Positions 63,815-64,000 of a stretch of DNA of 64,000 nt are shown here, one piece after another (positions within the stretch are counted from its first letter, which is position 1; every line of letters begins with the position of its first letter). A model generated the notes under the pieces. That model was not told the DNA's origin, did not search any database, and saw only the letters and a list, made by a program, of their open reading frames with translations. The DNA is taken from assembly GCA_003555075.1 (NCBI GenBank), contig PWHW01000006.1, forward strand, positions 14,728 through 78,727, read 5' to 3'. Source of the stretch: Candidatus Nealsonbacteria bacterium (lineage in GTDB: Bacteria; Patescibacteriota; Minisyncoccia; Minisyncoccales; PWPS01). The translations under genes were made by a program, and so were the position numbers.

Positions 63815-64000
63815 ATGGATTATTTGGATACAATAATATTCGTTGCTCTTGCCATTCTTCCGGGATTGATATGGCTTTTTTTCTTTTTAAGAGAAGACAA
63901 GCATCCCGAACCGGGAAGAATGATATTAAAGGTCTTCCTTTTTGGAGCCTTGCTTGCCATACCGGTCATTGCTCTTTTTGTCGTAATTGAACCCTTTTTA
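63815..64000 (+). CDS. PrsW-family intramembrane protease (5' partial, runs off window)
   Basis: ATG at 63815 and open to the window end. MDYLDTIIFVALAILPGLIWLFFFLREDKHPEPGRMILKVFLFGALLAIP parallels my recollection of the Bacillus PrsW N-terminus (PG..., D..EP, F.G). Confidence 0.55.
   Translation, partial: MDYLDTIIFVALAILPGLIWLFFFLREDKHPEPGRMILKVFLFGALLAIPVIALFVVIEPFL

Noticed and set aside
1-64000. Possibility of an alternative genetic code (UGA recoded, as in some CPR lineages).
   Set aside because: Long, motif-complete ORFs are obtained with the standard code, and TGA functions as a stop at well-defined gene ends, for example sipW at 61545-61547.
1-64000. A search by eye for tRNA, rRNA, CRISPR arrays, transposases, integrases and phage genes.
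   Set aside because: I found no tRNA-like T-arm/acceptor signatures (GGTTCGAATCC-type), no regularly spaced direct repeats, and no recombinase or transposase motifs. A computational scan (tRNAscan and CRISPR finders) would be needed to be definitive.

Overview
This is a densely packed 64-kb window from an AT-rich, streamlined and apparently anaerobic bacterium. It uses the standard code (TGA is used as a stop). The many E/K-rich, N-terminally anchored small proteins resemble CPR/Patescibacteria-like or other uncultivated lineages, but that taxonomic guess is inference only. I support about 65 protein genes. The housekeeping core comprises clpB, htrA, a MacAB-like ABC exporter with an HlyD-type adaptor, comEC, nrdD/nrdG, ftsA/ftsZ, ybeY, rpsU, a HIT protein, hisS, lepB, pth, topA, a minimal GGDEF protein, tgt, rnr, cspA, two cation/proton antiporters and a nine-gene V/A-type ATPase operon (G/H-I-K-E-C-F-A-B-D). 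The accessory content comprises a secreted VWA protein, an ATP-grasp/M20 pair, a triple-ComEA-like protein, a glycosyltransferase/TagF cluster, and runs of small anchored proteins. The accessory feature I consider most interesting sits at the 3' end: a SipW-type signal peptidase locus with three TasA/camelysin-like secreted proteins followed by a PrsW-like protease, which is a candidate undescribed extracellular fibre/matrix system. Other notable points follow. The class III RNR has its glycyl-radical domain on a separate 123-aa ORF. FtsZ ends at the globular core. Several mini-genes and candidate sRNAs are framed by consensus TTGACA-17-TATAAT promoters and intrinsic terminators. There is a G+C-rich structured intergenic element and a perfect 38-bp palindrome. 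I recognised no rRNA, tRNA, CRISPR array, transposase or integrase. All functional calls rest on motif recognition by eye in the supplied translations; no database search was run.
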